DNA of 64,000 nucleotides from the human T2T-CHM13v2.0 reference genome, Homo sapiens: contig CP086569.2 of the NCBI GenBank assembly GCA_009914755.4, positions 61,664,001 to 61,728,000 of the forward strand, in the 5' to 3' direction. Shown here piece after piece: positions 1-14,170 of the stretch. Position 1 is the first letter of the stretch. Each line of letters starts with the position of its first letter. The position numbers and the translations under genes are program-made. The notes below the pieces were generated by a model. That model searched no databases and was not told where the DNA came from. It was given only the letters and a program-made list of their open reading frames with translations.

Positions 1-3000
1 CAATGCAATCAAATGGCATGGAATAAAATAGAATGAAAGAGAATCAAACGGAATTGAATCGAATGGAATCGAATGGATTGGAAAGGAATAGAATGGAATG
101 GAATGGAATTGACTCAAATGGAATGGACTAGAATGGAATGGATTCGAATGGAAGGCAAAGGAATGGAATCTATTGGAATGGACTGTAATGGAATGGAATG
201 GAAGGGATTGGAATGGACTCGAATGGAATGGACTGCAATAGAAAGGATTCGAATGGAATGAAAAAGAATTGAATGGAATAGAACAGAATGGAATCAAATC
301 GAATGAAATGGAATGGAATAGAAAGGAATGGAATGAAATGGAATGGAAAGGATTCGAATGGAATGCAATCGAATGGAATGGAATCGAACGGAATGTAATA
401 AAATGGAAGAAAACTGGCAAGAAATGGAATCGAAATGAATGGAGTGTTATGGAACGGACTCAAAAGGAATTGAATGTAATAGAATGGAGTGGAGTGGACT
501 CGAATATAATGGACTGGAATGGAATGAAATCACATGGAATGGGAACGAATGGAATGGAATGGAAAGGAATGGAATGGAATGGAAAGGAATCGAATGGAAG
601 GGAATGAAATTGAATCAACAGGAATGGAAGGGAGTAGAATAGACGGTAATGGAATGGACTCGAATAGAATGCACACGAATGCTCAAATTGAATGGACTCG
701 AATGGAATGGAAACGAAAGGAATGTCATCGAATGGAATTGAATCGATTGGAATGAAATCGCATAGAATGCAGTGGAATCAAATGGAATTGAATCGAAAGG
801 AAAGGAAGGGAATGGACTGAAATGAAATGGAATGGAATTGAATGGAAAGTAATGCAATGGAATAGAATGGAACGAAATTTCACGGAATGGAATCAAACTG
901 AATGGAATCAAATCAATGGAATATAATCAAATGGAATGGAAAGGAATTGAATGGAGTAGATTGGATTGGATGGGATTGGAATGAAATTTACTGGAAAGGA
1001 CTCGAATTTCATGAAACGGAATGGAATGAATTGGAACGGAATGGACTCGAATGGAATGGAATGTCATGGAATGGCATCAAACGGAATGCCATCAAATGGA
1101 ATGGAATCGAATGCAATGGAATGCTATGGAATGGAATGGAATGCATTGGAATGGAATGTCCTCTAACGGAATGGATTCGGGTGGAATGGAATCGAATATA
1201 ATGGAGTCGAATGAAATGGAATTGAAAGGAATGGGATCGAATACAATGGAACATACTGGAATGTAACGTAATGAACTCGAATGTAATTGACTGGAATGGA
1301 ATGTACATGAATGGAATGTAATCGAATGGAAAGTAATCCAATGGAATAGAATCTAATGCAATAAAATCGACTGTAATAGAATAGAATGTAATGGAATGGA
1401 GAGCAGTGCAATGGAATGGAATGGAACGGAATGCAATGGAATGGAATGGAATGGAATGGAATGCAATGGGATGGAATGGTATGGAATGGATAGTAATGGA
1501 CTGGAGTGAAATGGACTGGAAAGGAATGGACTCAAATTGAAAGGGCTCGAAAGGAATGGAGTCAAATGGAATGGTCTGGAATGGAATGAACACGAATGTA
1601 ATGCAATCCAATAGAATGGAATCGAATGGCATGGAATATAAAGAAATGGAATCGAAGAGAATGGAAACAAATGGAATGGAATTGAATGGAATGGGAACGA
1701 ATGGAGTGAAATTGTATGCAGTAGAAGAGAATAGAATGGAATGCAAGCGAAAGGAAAGGAATGGATTGGAATGGAATGGAATTCATTGGAATGGAAGGGA
1801 ATGTAGTGTAATGGACAGGCCTGGAATAAAGTGGAATGCTACGGTCTCGAATGGAATAAAAATGTATGGAATGGAATGCAATGAAACGGAATCGAATGTC
1901 ATAGAATGTAATGGAATGCAAAAAAATGGACACCAAAATCATTGACTGGAAAGGCTGGGTGTCGAAAGGAATTGACTCCAATGGAATGGAATCGAATGGA
2001 ATGGAAGTGAATAGAATCGAACTAAATCGAATGGAATGGAATTGATAGGAACGGAATAGAAAGGAATGCAATGATTTGGCATGGAATGGAATCGAATGGC
2101 ATCGAATGGAATGGAATGGAATGCAATGGAATGGAATGTATTAGAATGTAATGAACTTTAATGGAATGTACTCGAATGGATTCGACTGGAATGGAATGTT
2201 CTGGAAGTGAATGGACTCCAATGGAATGGATTCGAAAGGAATGGAATCGTACGGAATGGTAACCAATGGAATGGAATTAAATGGAAATGAATCAAATTGA
2301 ATAGAACGGAATTGAATTGAATGGAATCGAATGCAATGGAATCTAATGAAACGGAAAGGAAAGGAATGGAATGGAATGGAATGGGCTGGAATGGAATGGA
2401 ATCGAAACGAATGGAATGGAATCGAACTGAAGAGACTGGAATGGAATGCACTGGAATGGAAGGGAGTGTAATGGAAGGTTCTCGAAAAAAATGGAAACGA
2501 ATGGAATGGAATTGAATGGAACGGAATAGAGTCGAATGGAATTGAATGGAATGGAATGGACTAGAGTGAAATGGAATCGAACCACAAGGAATGGACAGGA
2601 ATAGAATGGTCTCGAATTGAATGGAATCGTATGGAATGGCATCAAACGGAATGGAATGGACAGCCACGGAATGGAATGTACTCGAATGCAATGGAGTCGA
2701 AACTAATGGACTGGAATAGAATGGACTCGACTGGTACGGACTCCAATGGAATGGAATCGAATGGAAGGGAATCGAACGGAATGGACTCGAAGGGAAAAGA
2801 CTGCAATGGAAAGGTCTCGAATGGAATGGAAATTAATGGAATGGAATGGAATCGAATGAAATGGAGTCAAAAGGAATGGAATCGAATGGCAAGAAATCGA
2901 ATGTAATGGAATCGCAAGGAATTGATGTGAACGGAACGGAATGGAATGGAATCCAAAGGAATGGAATAGAATGGAATGGAATCGAATGGAAAGGACTCGA

Positions 3001-3524
3001 ATGGAAATCACTCGAATAGAATGCAATTTAATAAAATAGGATCAAATGTAATGGAATGGAATGGAAAGGAATCGAAACGAAAGGAATGGAGACAGATGGA
3101 ATGGAATGGAACAGAGAGCAATGGTATAGAATGGAATGGAATCATCTGGAATGGAATTGAATGGAATGGAATAACATGAAATGGAATGGAATGCCCTTGA
3201 ATTAAATGGACTGGAATGGAGTGGACTCGAACAGAGTGGAATGGAAAGTGTTGAAATAGAATGGAATGGACTCCTTTGGAATGGTCTAGTATGCAATGCA
3301 ATCGACTGGCAGGGAATCAAAAGGAATGTAATCGAATGGATTGGACTGGAATGCAATGGACTCGAATAGATTGGAAACGGAATGCAAAGGAATGGAATGG
3401 AATAGTATGGAATGGAATGGAAAGGAATGGAGTGGAATAGACTAGAGTGGAATGGAATGGACTCAAAAGCAATGGACTGGAATGGAACTTTCTTGAATGG
3501 ACTGGAATCAAACGGAATGGAATG
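1..3524. repeat. DYZ1/HSat3 HOR copy 1 (3524 bp; phase arbitrarily started at caatgcaatcaaatggcatgg)
   Basis: The window start string recurs at 3525. The copy is 25 bp shorter than the modal unit. It lacks 15 bp (3 pentamers) near 1690 and 10 bp (2 pentamers) near 3170 relative to copy 2. Confidence 0.85.
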
Positions 3525-6500
3525 CAATGCAATCAAATGGCATGGAATAAAATAGAATGAAAGAGAATCAAACGGAATTGAATCGAATGGAATCGAATGG
3601 ATTGGAAAGGAATAGAATGGAATGGAATGGAATTGACTCAAATGGAATGGACTAGAATGGAATGGATTCGAATGGAAGGCAAAGGAATGGAATCTATTGG
3701 AATGGACTGTAATGGAATGGAATGGAAGGGATTGGAATGGACTCGAATGGAATGGACTGCAATAGAAAGGATTCGAATGGAATGAAAAAGAATTGAATGG
3801 AATAGAACTGAATGGAATCAAATCGAATGAAATGGAATGGAATAGAAAGGAATGGAATGAAATGGAATGGAAAGGATTCGAATGGAATGCAATCGAATGG
3901 AATGGAATCGAACAGAATGTAATAAAATGGAAGAAAACTGGCAAGAAATGGAATCGAAATGAATGGAGTGTTATGGAACGGACTCAAAAGGAATTGAATG
4001 TAATAGAATGGAGTGGAGTGGACTCGAATATAATGGACTGGAATGGAATGAAATCACATGGAATGGGAACGAATGGAATGGAATGGAAAGGAATGGAATC
4101 AAATGGAAAGGAATCGAATGGAAGGGAATGAAATTGAATCAACAGGAATGGAAGGGAATAGAATAGACGGTAATGGAATGGACTCGAATAGAATGCACAC
4201 GAATGCTCAAATTGAATGGACTCGAATGGAATGGAAACGAAAGGAATGTCATCGAATGGAATTGAATCGATTGGAATGAAATCGCATAGAATGCAGTGGA
4301 ATCAAATGGAATTGAATCGAAAGGAAAGGAAGCGAATGGACTGAAATGAAATGGAATGGAATTGAATGGAAAGTAATGCAATGGAATAGAATGGAACGAA
4401 ATTTCACGGAATGGAATCAAACTGAATGGAATCAAATCAATGGAATATAATCAAATGGAATGGAAAGGAATTGAATGGAGTAGATTGGATTGGATGGGAT
4501 TGGAATGAAATTTACTGGAAAGGACTCGAATTTCATGAAACGGAATGGAATGAATTGGAACGGAATGGACTCGAATGGAATGGAATGTCATGGAATGGCA
4601 TCAAACGGAATGGCATCAAATGGGATGGAATCGAATGCAATGGAATGCTATGGAATGGAATGGAATGCATTGGAATGGAATGTCCTCTAATGGAATGGAT
4701 TCGGGTGGAATGGAATCGAATATAATGGAGTCGAATGAAATGGAATTGAAAGGAATGGGATCGAATACAATGGAATATACTGGAATGTAACGTAATGAAC
4801 TCGAATGTAATTAACTGGAATGGAATGTACATGAACGGAATGTAATGGAATGGAAAGTAATCCAATGGAATAGAATCTAATGCAATAAAATTGACTGTAA
4901 TAGAATAGAATGTAATGGAATGGAGTGCAGTGCAATGGAATGGAATGGAATGGAATGCAATGGAATGGAATGGAATGGAATGGAATGCAATGGGATGGAA
5001 TGGTATGGAATGGATAGTAATGGACTGGAGTGAAATGGACTGGAAAGGAATGGACTCAAATTGAAAGGGCTCGAAAGGAATGGAGTCAAATGGAATGGTC
5101 TGGAATGGAATGAACACGAATGTAATGCAATCCAATAGAATGGAATCGAATGGCAAGGAATATAAAGAAATGGAATCGAAGAGAATGGAAACAAATGGAA
5201 TGGAATTGAATGGAATGGAATTGAATGGAATGGGAACGAATGGAGTGAAATTGTATGCAGTAGAAGAGAATAGAATGGAATGCAAGCGAAAGGAAAGGAA
5301 TGGATTGGAATGGAATGGAATTCATTGGAATGGAAGGGAATGTAGTGTAATGGACAGGCCTGGAATAAAGTGGAATGCTACGGTCTCGAATGGAATAAAA
5401 ATGTATGGAATGGAATGCAATGAAACGGAATCGAATGTCATAGAATGTAATGGAATGCAAAAAAATGGACTCCAAAATCATTGACTGGAAAGGCTGGGTG
5501 TCGAAAGGAATTGACTCCAATGGAATGGAATCGAATGGAATGGAAGTGAATAGAATCGAACTAAATCGAATGGAATGGAATTGATAGGAACGGAATGGAA
5601 AGGAATGCAATGATTTGGCATGGAATGGAATCGAATGGCATAGAATGGAATGGAATGGAATGCAATGGAATGGAATGTATTAGAATGTAATGAACTTTAA
5701 TGGAATGTACTCGAATGGATTCGACTGGAATGGAATGTTCTGGAAGTGAATGGACTCCAATGGAATGGATTCGAAAGGAATGGAATCGTACGGAATGGTA
5801 TCCAATGGAATGGAATTAAATGGAAATGAATCAAATTGAATAGCACGGAATTGAATTGAATGGAATCGAATGCAATGGAATCTAATGAAACGGAAAGGAA
5901 AGGAATGGAATGGAATGGAATGGGCTGGAATGGAATGGAATCGAAACGAATGGAATGGAATCGAACTGAAGAGACTGGAATGGAATGCACTGGAATGGAA
6001 GGGAGTGTAATGGAAGGTTCTCGAAAAAAATGGAATCGAATGGAATGGAATTGAATGGAACGGAATAGAGTCGAATGGAATTGAATGGAATGGAATGGAC
6101 TAGAGTGAAATGGAATCGAACCACAAGGAATGGACAGGAATAGAATGGTCTCGAATTGAATGGAATCGTATGGAATGGCATCAAACGGAATGGAATGGAC
6201 AGCCACGGAATGGAATGCACTCGAATGCAATGGAGTCGAAACTAATGGACTGGAATAGAATGGACTCGACTGGTACGGACTCCAATGGAATGGAATCGAA
6301 TGCAAGGGAATCGAACGGAATGGACTCGAAGGGAAAAGACTGCAATGGAAAGGTCTCGAATGGAATGGAAATTAATGGAATGGAATGGAATCGAATGAAA
6401 TGGAGTCAAAAGGAAGGGAATCGAATGGCAAGAAATCGAATGTAATGGAATCGCAAGGAATTGATGTGAAAGGAACGGAATGGAATGGAATCCAAAGGAA

Positions 6501-7073
6501 TGGAATAGAATGGAATGGAATCGAATGGAAAGGACTCGAATGGAAATCACTCGAATAGAATGCAATTTAATAAAATAGGATCAAATGTAATGGAATGGAA
6601 TGCAAAGGAATCGAAACGAAAGGAATGGAGACAGATGGAATGGAATGGAACAGAGAGCAATGGTATAGAATGGAATGGAATCATCTGGAATGGAATTGAA
6701 TGGAATGGAATAACATGAAATGGAATGGAATGGAATGGAATGCCCTTGAATTAAATGGACTGGAATGGAATGGACTCGAACAGAGTGGAATGGAAAGTGT
6801 TGAAATAGAATGGAATGGACTCCTTTGGAATGGTCTAGTATGCAATGCAATCGACTGGCAGGGAATCAAAAGGAATGTAATCGAATGGATTGGACTGGAA
6901 TGCAATGGACTCGAATAGATTGGAAACGGAATGCAAAGGAATGGAATGGAATAGTATGGAATGGAATGGAAAGGAATGGAGTGGAATAGACTACAGTGGA
7001 ATGGAATGGACTCAAAAGCAATGGACTGGAATGGAACTTTCTTGAATGGACTGGAATCAAACGGAATGGAATG
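3525..7073. repeat. DYZ1/HSat3 HOR copy 2 (3549 bp)
   Basis: Anchor ORF recurs at 3597 and 7146 (offset 3549). Confidence 0.85.
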
Positions 7074-10000
7074 CAATGCAATCAAATGGCATGGAATAAA
7101 ATAGAATGAAAGAGAATCAAACGGAATTGAATCGAATGGAATCGAATGGATTGGAAAGGAATAGAATGGAATGGAATGGAATTGACTCAAATGGAATGGA
7201 CTAGAATGGAATGGATTCGAATGGAAGGCAAAGGAATGGAATCTATTGGAATGGACTGTAATGGAATGGAATGGAAGGGATTGGAATGGACTCGAATGGA
7301 ATGGACTGCAATAGAAAGGATTCGAATGGAATGAAAAAGAATTGAATGGAATAGAACAGAATGGAATCAAATCGAATGAAATGGAATGGAATAGAAAGGA
7401 ATGGAATGAAATGGAATGGAAAGGATTCGAATGGAATGCAATCGAATGGAATGGAATCGAACGGAATGTAATAAAATGGAAGAAAACTGGCAAGAAATGG
7501 AATCGAAATGAATGGAGTGTTATGGAACGGACTCAAAAGGAATTGAATGTAATAGAATGGAGTGGAGTGGACTCGAATATAATGGACTGGAATGGAATGA
7601 AATCACATGGAATGGGAACGAATGGAATGGAATGGAAAGGAATGGAATGGAATGGAAAGGAATCGAATGGAAGGGAATGAAATTGAATCAACAGGAATGG
7701 AAGGGAGTAGAATAGACGGTAATGGAATGGACTCGAATAGAATGCACACGAATGCTCAAATTGAATGGACTCGAATGGAATGGAAACGAAAGGAATGTCA
7801 TCGAATGGAATTGAATCGATTGGAATGAAATCGCATAGAATGCAGTGGAATCAAATGGAATTGAATCGAAAGGAAAGGAAGCGAATGGACTGAAATGAAA
7901 TGGAATGGAATTGAATGGAAAGTAATGCAATGGAATAGAATGGAACGAAATTTCACGGAATGGAATCAAACTGAATGGAATCAAATCAATGGAATATAAT
8001 CAAATGGAATGGAAAGGAATTGAATGGAGTAGATTGGATTGGATGGGATTGGAATGAAATTTACTGGAAAGGACTCGAATTTCATGAAACGGAATGGAAT
8101 GAATTGGAACGGAATGGACTCGAATGGAATGGAATGTCATGGAATGGCATCAAACGGAATGGCATCAAATGGGATGCAATCGAATGCAATGGAATGCTAT
8201 GGAATGGAATGGAATGCATTGGAATGGAATGTCCTCTAATGGAATGGATTCGGGTGGAATGGAATCGAATATAATGGAGTCGAATGAAATGGAATTGAAA
8301 GGAATGGGATCGAATACAATGGAATATACTGGAATGTAACGTAATGAACTCGAATGTAATTAACTGGAATGGAATGTACATGAACGGAATGTAATCGAAT
8401 GGAAAGTAATCCAATGGAATAGAATCTAATGCAATAAAATTGACTGTAATAGAATAGAATGTAATGGAATGGAGTGCAGTGCAATGGAATGGAATGGAAT
8501 GGAATGCAATGGAATGGAATGGAATGGAATGGAATGCAATGGGATGGAATGGTATGGAATGGATAGTAATGGACTGGAGTGAAATGGACTGGAAAGGAAT
8601 GGACTCAAATTGAAAGGGCTCGAAAGGAATGGAGTCAAATGGAATGGTCTGGAATGGAATGAACACGAATGTAATGCAATCCAATAGAATGGAATCGAAT
8701 GGCAAGGAATATAAAGAAATGGAATCGAAGAGAATGGAAACAAATGGAATGGAATTGAATGGAATGGAATTGAATGGAATGGGAACGAATGGAGTGAAAT
8801 TGTATGCAGTAGAAGAGAATAGAATGGAATGCAAGCGAAAGGAAAGGAATGGATTGGAATGGAATGGAATTCATTGGAATGGAAGGGAATGTAGTGTAAT
8901 GGACAGGCCTGGAATAAAGTGGAATGCTACGGTCTCGAATGGAATAAAAATGTATGGAATGGAATGCAATGAAACGGAATCGAATGTCATAGAATGTAAT
9001 GGAATGCAAAAAAATGGACTCCAAAATCATTGACTGGAAAGGCTGGGTGTCGAAAGGAATTGACTCCAATGGAATGGAATCGAATGGAATGGAAGTGAAT
9101 AGAATCGAACTAAATCGAATGGAATGGAATTGATAGGAACGGAATGGAAAGGAATGCAATGATTTGGCATGGAATGGAATCGAATGGCATCGAATGGAAT
9201 GGAATGGAATGCAATGGAATGGAATGTATTAGAATGTAATGAACTTTAATGGAATGTACTCGAATGGATTCGACTGGAATGGAATGTTCTGGAAGTGAAT
9301 GGACTCCAATGGAATGGATTCGAAAGGAATGGAATCGTACGGAATGGTATCCAATGGAATGGAATTAAATGGAAATGAATCAAATTGAATAGCACGGAAT
9401 TGAATTGAATGGAATCGAATGCAATGGAATCTAATGAAACGGAAAGGAAAGGAATGGAATGGAATGGAATGGGCTGGAATGGAATGGAATCGAAACGAAT
9501 GGAATGGAATCGAACTGAAGAGACTGGAATGGAATGCACTGGAATGGAAGGGAGTGTAATGGAAGGTTCTCGAAAAAAATGGAATCGAATGGAATGGAAT
9601 TGAATGGAACGGAATAGAGTCGAATGGAATTGAATGGAATGGAATGGACTAGAGTGAAATGGAATCGAACCACAAGGAATGGACAGGAATAGAATGGTCT
9701 CGAATTGAATGGAATCGTATGGAATGGCATCAAACGGAATGGAATGGACAGCCACGGAATGGAATGCACTCGAATGCAATGGAGTCGAAACTAATGGACT
9801 GGAATAGAATGGACTCGACTGGTACGGACTCCAATGGAATGGAATCGAATGCAAGGGAATCGAACGGAATGGACTCGAAGGGAAAAGACTGCAATGGAAA
9901 GGTCTCGAATGGAATGGAAATTAATGGAATGGAATGGAATCGAATGAAATGGAGTCAAAAGGAATGGAATCGAATGGCAAGAAATCGAATGTAATGGAAT

Positions 10001-10622
10001 CGCAAGGAATTGATGTGAACGGAACGGAATGGAATGGAATCCAAAGGAATGGAATAGAATGGAATGGAATCGAATGGAAAGGACTCGAATGGAAATCACT
10101 CGAATAGAATGCAATTTAATAAAATAGGATCAAATGTAATGGAATGGAATGGAAAGGAATCGAAACGAAAGGAATGGAGACAGATGGAATGGAATGGAAC
10201 AGAGAACAATGGTATAGAATGGAATGGAATCATCTGGAATGGAATTGAATGGAATGGAATAACATGAAATGGAATGGAATGGAATGGAATGCCCTTGAAT
10301 TAAATGGACTGGAATGGAATGGACTCGAACAGAGTGGAAAGGAAAGTGTTGAAATAGAATGGAATGGACTCCTTTGGAATGGTCTAGTATGCAATGCAAT
10401 CGACTGGCAGGGAATCAAAAGGAATGTAATCGAATGGATTGGACTGGAATGCAATGGACTCGAATAGATTGGAAACGGAATGCAAAGGAATGGAATGGAA
10501 TAGTATGGAATGGAATGGAAAGGAATGGAGTGGAATAGACTAGAGTGGAATGGAATGGACTCAAAAGCAATGGACTGGAATGGAACTTTCTTGAATGGAC
10601 TGGAATCAAACGGAATGGAATG
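7074..10622. repeat. DYZ1/HSat3 HOR copy 3 (3549 bp)
   Basis: Anchor ORF recurs at 7146 and 10695. Confidence 0.85.
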
Positions 10623-13600
10623 CAATGCAATCAAATGGCATGGAATAAAATAGAATGAAAGAGAATCAAACGGAATTGAATCGAATGGAATCGAATGGAT
10701 TGGAAAGGAATAGAATGGAATGGAATGGAATTGACTCAAATGGAATGGACTAGAATGGAATGGATTCGAATGGAAGGCAAAGGAATGGAATCTATTGGAA
10801 TGGACTGTAATGGAATGGAATGGAAGGGATTGGAATGGACTCGAATGGAATGGACTGCAATAGAAAGGATTCGAATGGAATGAAAAAGAATTGAATGGAA
10901 TAGAACAGAATGGAATCAAATCGAATGAAATGGAATGGAATAGAAAGGAATGGAATGAAATGGAATGGAAAGGATTCGAATGGAATGCAATCGAATGGAA
11001 TGGAATCGAACGGAATGTAATAAAATGGAAGAAAACTGGCAAGAAATGGAATCGAAATGAATGGAGTGTTATGGAACGGACTCAAAAGGAATTGAATGTA
11101 ATAGAATGGAGTGGAGTGGACTCGAATATAATGGACTGGAATGGAATGAAATCACATGGAATGGGAACGAATGGAATGGAATGGAAAGGAATGGAATGGA
11201 ATGGAAAGGAATCGAATGGAAGGGAATGAAATTGAATCAACAGGAATGGAAGGGAGTAGAATAGACGGTAATGGAATGGACTCGAATAGAATGCACACGA
11301 ATGCTCAAATTGAATGGACTCGAATGGAATGGAAACGAAAGGAATGTCATCGAATGGAATTGAATCGATTGGAATGAAATCGCATAGAATGCAGTGGAAT
11401 CAAATGGAATTGAATCGAAAGGAAAGGAAGGGAATGGACTGAAATGAAATGGAATGGAATTGAATGGAAAGTAATGCAATGGAATAGAATGGAACGAAAT
11501 TTCACGGAATGGAATCAAACTGAATGGAATCAAATCAATGGAATATAATCAAATGGAATGGAAAGGAATTGAATGGAGTAGATTGGATTGGATGGGATTG
11601 GAATGAAATTTACTGGAAAGGACTCGAATTTCATGAAACGGAATGGAATGAATTGGAACGGAATGGACTCGAATGGAATGGAATGTCATGGAATGGCATC
11701 AAACGGAATGCCATCAAATGGGATGGAATCGAATGCAATGGAATGCTATGGAATGGAATGGAATGCATTGGAATGGAATGTCCTCTAACGGAATGGATTC
11801 GGGTGGAATGGAATCGAATATAATGGAGTCGAATGAAATGGAATTGAAAGGAATGGGATCGAATACAATGGAATATACTGGAATGTAACGTAATGAACTC
11901 GAATGTAATTGACTGGAATAGAATGTACATGAATGGAATGTAATCGAATGGAAAGTAATCCAATGGAATAGAATCTAATGCAATAAAATCGACTGTAATA
12001 GAATAGAATGTAATGGAATGGAGTGCAGTGCAATGGAATGGAATGGAACGGAATGCAATGGAATGGAATGGAATGGAATGGAATGCAATGGGATGGAATG
12101 GTATGGAATGGATAGTAATGGACTGGAGTGAAATGGACTGGAAAGGAATGGACTCAAATTGAAAGGGCTCGAAAGGAATGGAGTCAAATGGAATGGTCTG
12201 GAATGGAATGAACACGAATGTAATGCAATCCAATAGAATGGAATCGAATGGCATGGAATATAAAGAAATGGAATCGAAGAGAATGGAAACAAATGGAATG
12301 GAATTGAATGGAATGGAATTGAATGGAATGGGAACGAATGGAGTGAAATTGTATGCAGTAGAAGAGAATAGAATGAATGCAAGCGAAAGGAAAGGAATGG
12401 ATTGGAATGGAATGGAATTCATTGGAATGGAAGGGAATGTAGTGTAATGGACAGGCCTGGAATAAAGTGGAATGCTACGGTCTCGAATGGAATAAAAATG
12501 TATGGAATGGAATGCAATGAAACGCAATCGAATGTCATAGAATGTAATGGAATGCAAAAAAATGGACTCCAAAATCATTGACTGGAAAGGCTGGGTGTCG
12601 AAAGGAATTGACTCCAATGGAATGGAATCGAATGGAATGGAAGTGAATAGAATCGAACTAAATCGAATGGAATGGAATTGATAGGAACGGAATGGAAAGG
12701 AATGCAATGATTTGGCATGGAATGGAATCGAATGGCATCGAATGGAATGGAATGGAATGCAATGGAATGGAATGTATTAGAATGTAATGAACTTTAATGG
12801 AATGTACTCGAATGGATTCGACTATAATGGAATGTTCTGGAAGTGAATGGACTCCCATGGAATGGATTCGAAAGGAATGGAATCGTACGGAATGGTATCC
12901 AATGGAATGGAATTAAATGGAAATGAATCAAATTGAATAGCACGGAATTGAATTGAATGGAATCGAATGCAATGGAATCTAATGAAACGGAAAGGAAAGG
13001 AATGGAATGGAATGGAATGGGCTGGAATGGAATGGAATCGAAACGAATGGAATGGAATCGAACTGAAGAGACTGGAATGGAATGCACTGGAATGGAAGGG
13101 AGTGTAATGGAAGGTTCTCGAAAAAAATGGAATCGAATGGAATGGAATTGAATGGAACGGAATAGAGTCGAATGGAATTGAATGGAATGGAATGGACTAG
13201 AGTGAAATGGAATCGAACCACAAGGAATGGACAGGAATAGAATGGTCTCGAATTGAATGGAATCGTATGGAATGGCATCAAACGGAATGGAATGGACAGC
13301 CACGGAATGGAATGCACTCGAATGCAATGGAGTCGAAACTAATGGACTGGAATAGAATGGACTCGACTGGTACGGACTCCAATGGAATGGAATCGAATGG
13401 AAGGGAATCGAACGGAATGGACTCGAAGGGAAAAGACTGCAATGGAAAGGTCTCGAATGGAATGGAAATTAATGGAATGGAATGGAATCGAATGAAATGG
13501 AGTCAAAAGGAATGGAATCGAATGGCAAGAAATCGAATGTAATGGAATCGCAAGGAATTGATGTGAACGGAACGGAATGGAATGGAATCCAAAAGAATGG

Positions 13601-14170
13601 AATAGAATGGAATGGAATCGAATGGAAAGGACTCGAATGGAAATCACTCGAATAGAATGCAATTTAATAAAATAGGATCAAATGTAATGGAATGGAATGG
13701 AAAGGAATCGAAACGAAAGGAATGGAGACAGATGGAATGGAATGGAACAGAGAGCAATGGTATAGAATGGAATGGAATCATCTGGAATGGAATTGAATGG
13801 AATGGAATAACATGAAATGGAATGGAATGGAATGGAATGCCCTTGAATTAAATGGACTGGAATGGAATGGACTCGAACAGAGTGGAATGGAAAGTGTTGA
13901 AATAGAATGGAATGGACTCCTTTGGAATGGTCTAGTATGCAATGCAATCGACTGGCAGGGAATCAAAAGGAATGTAATCGAATGGATTGGACTGGAATGC
14001 AATGGACTCGAATAGATTGGAAATGGAATGCAAAGGAATGGAATGGAATAGTATGGAATGGAATGGAAAGGAATGGAGTGGAATAGACTAGAGTGGAATG
14101 GAATGGACTCAAAAGCAATGGACTGGAATGGAACTTTCTTGAATGGACTGGAATCAAACGGAATGGAATG
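10623..14170. repeat. DYZ1/HSat3 HOR copy 4 (3548 bp; carries 1-bp deletion near 12377)
   Basis: Anchor ORF recurs at 10695 and 14243 (offset 3548). The string gaatagaatgaatgcaagcg replaces gaatagaatggaatgcaagcg, and this fuses two artefactual ORFs into a 358-aa one. Confidence 0.85.
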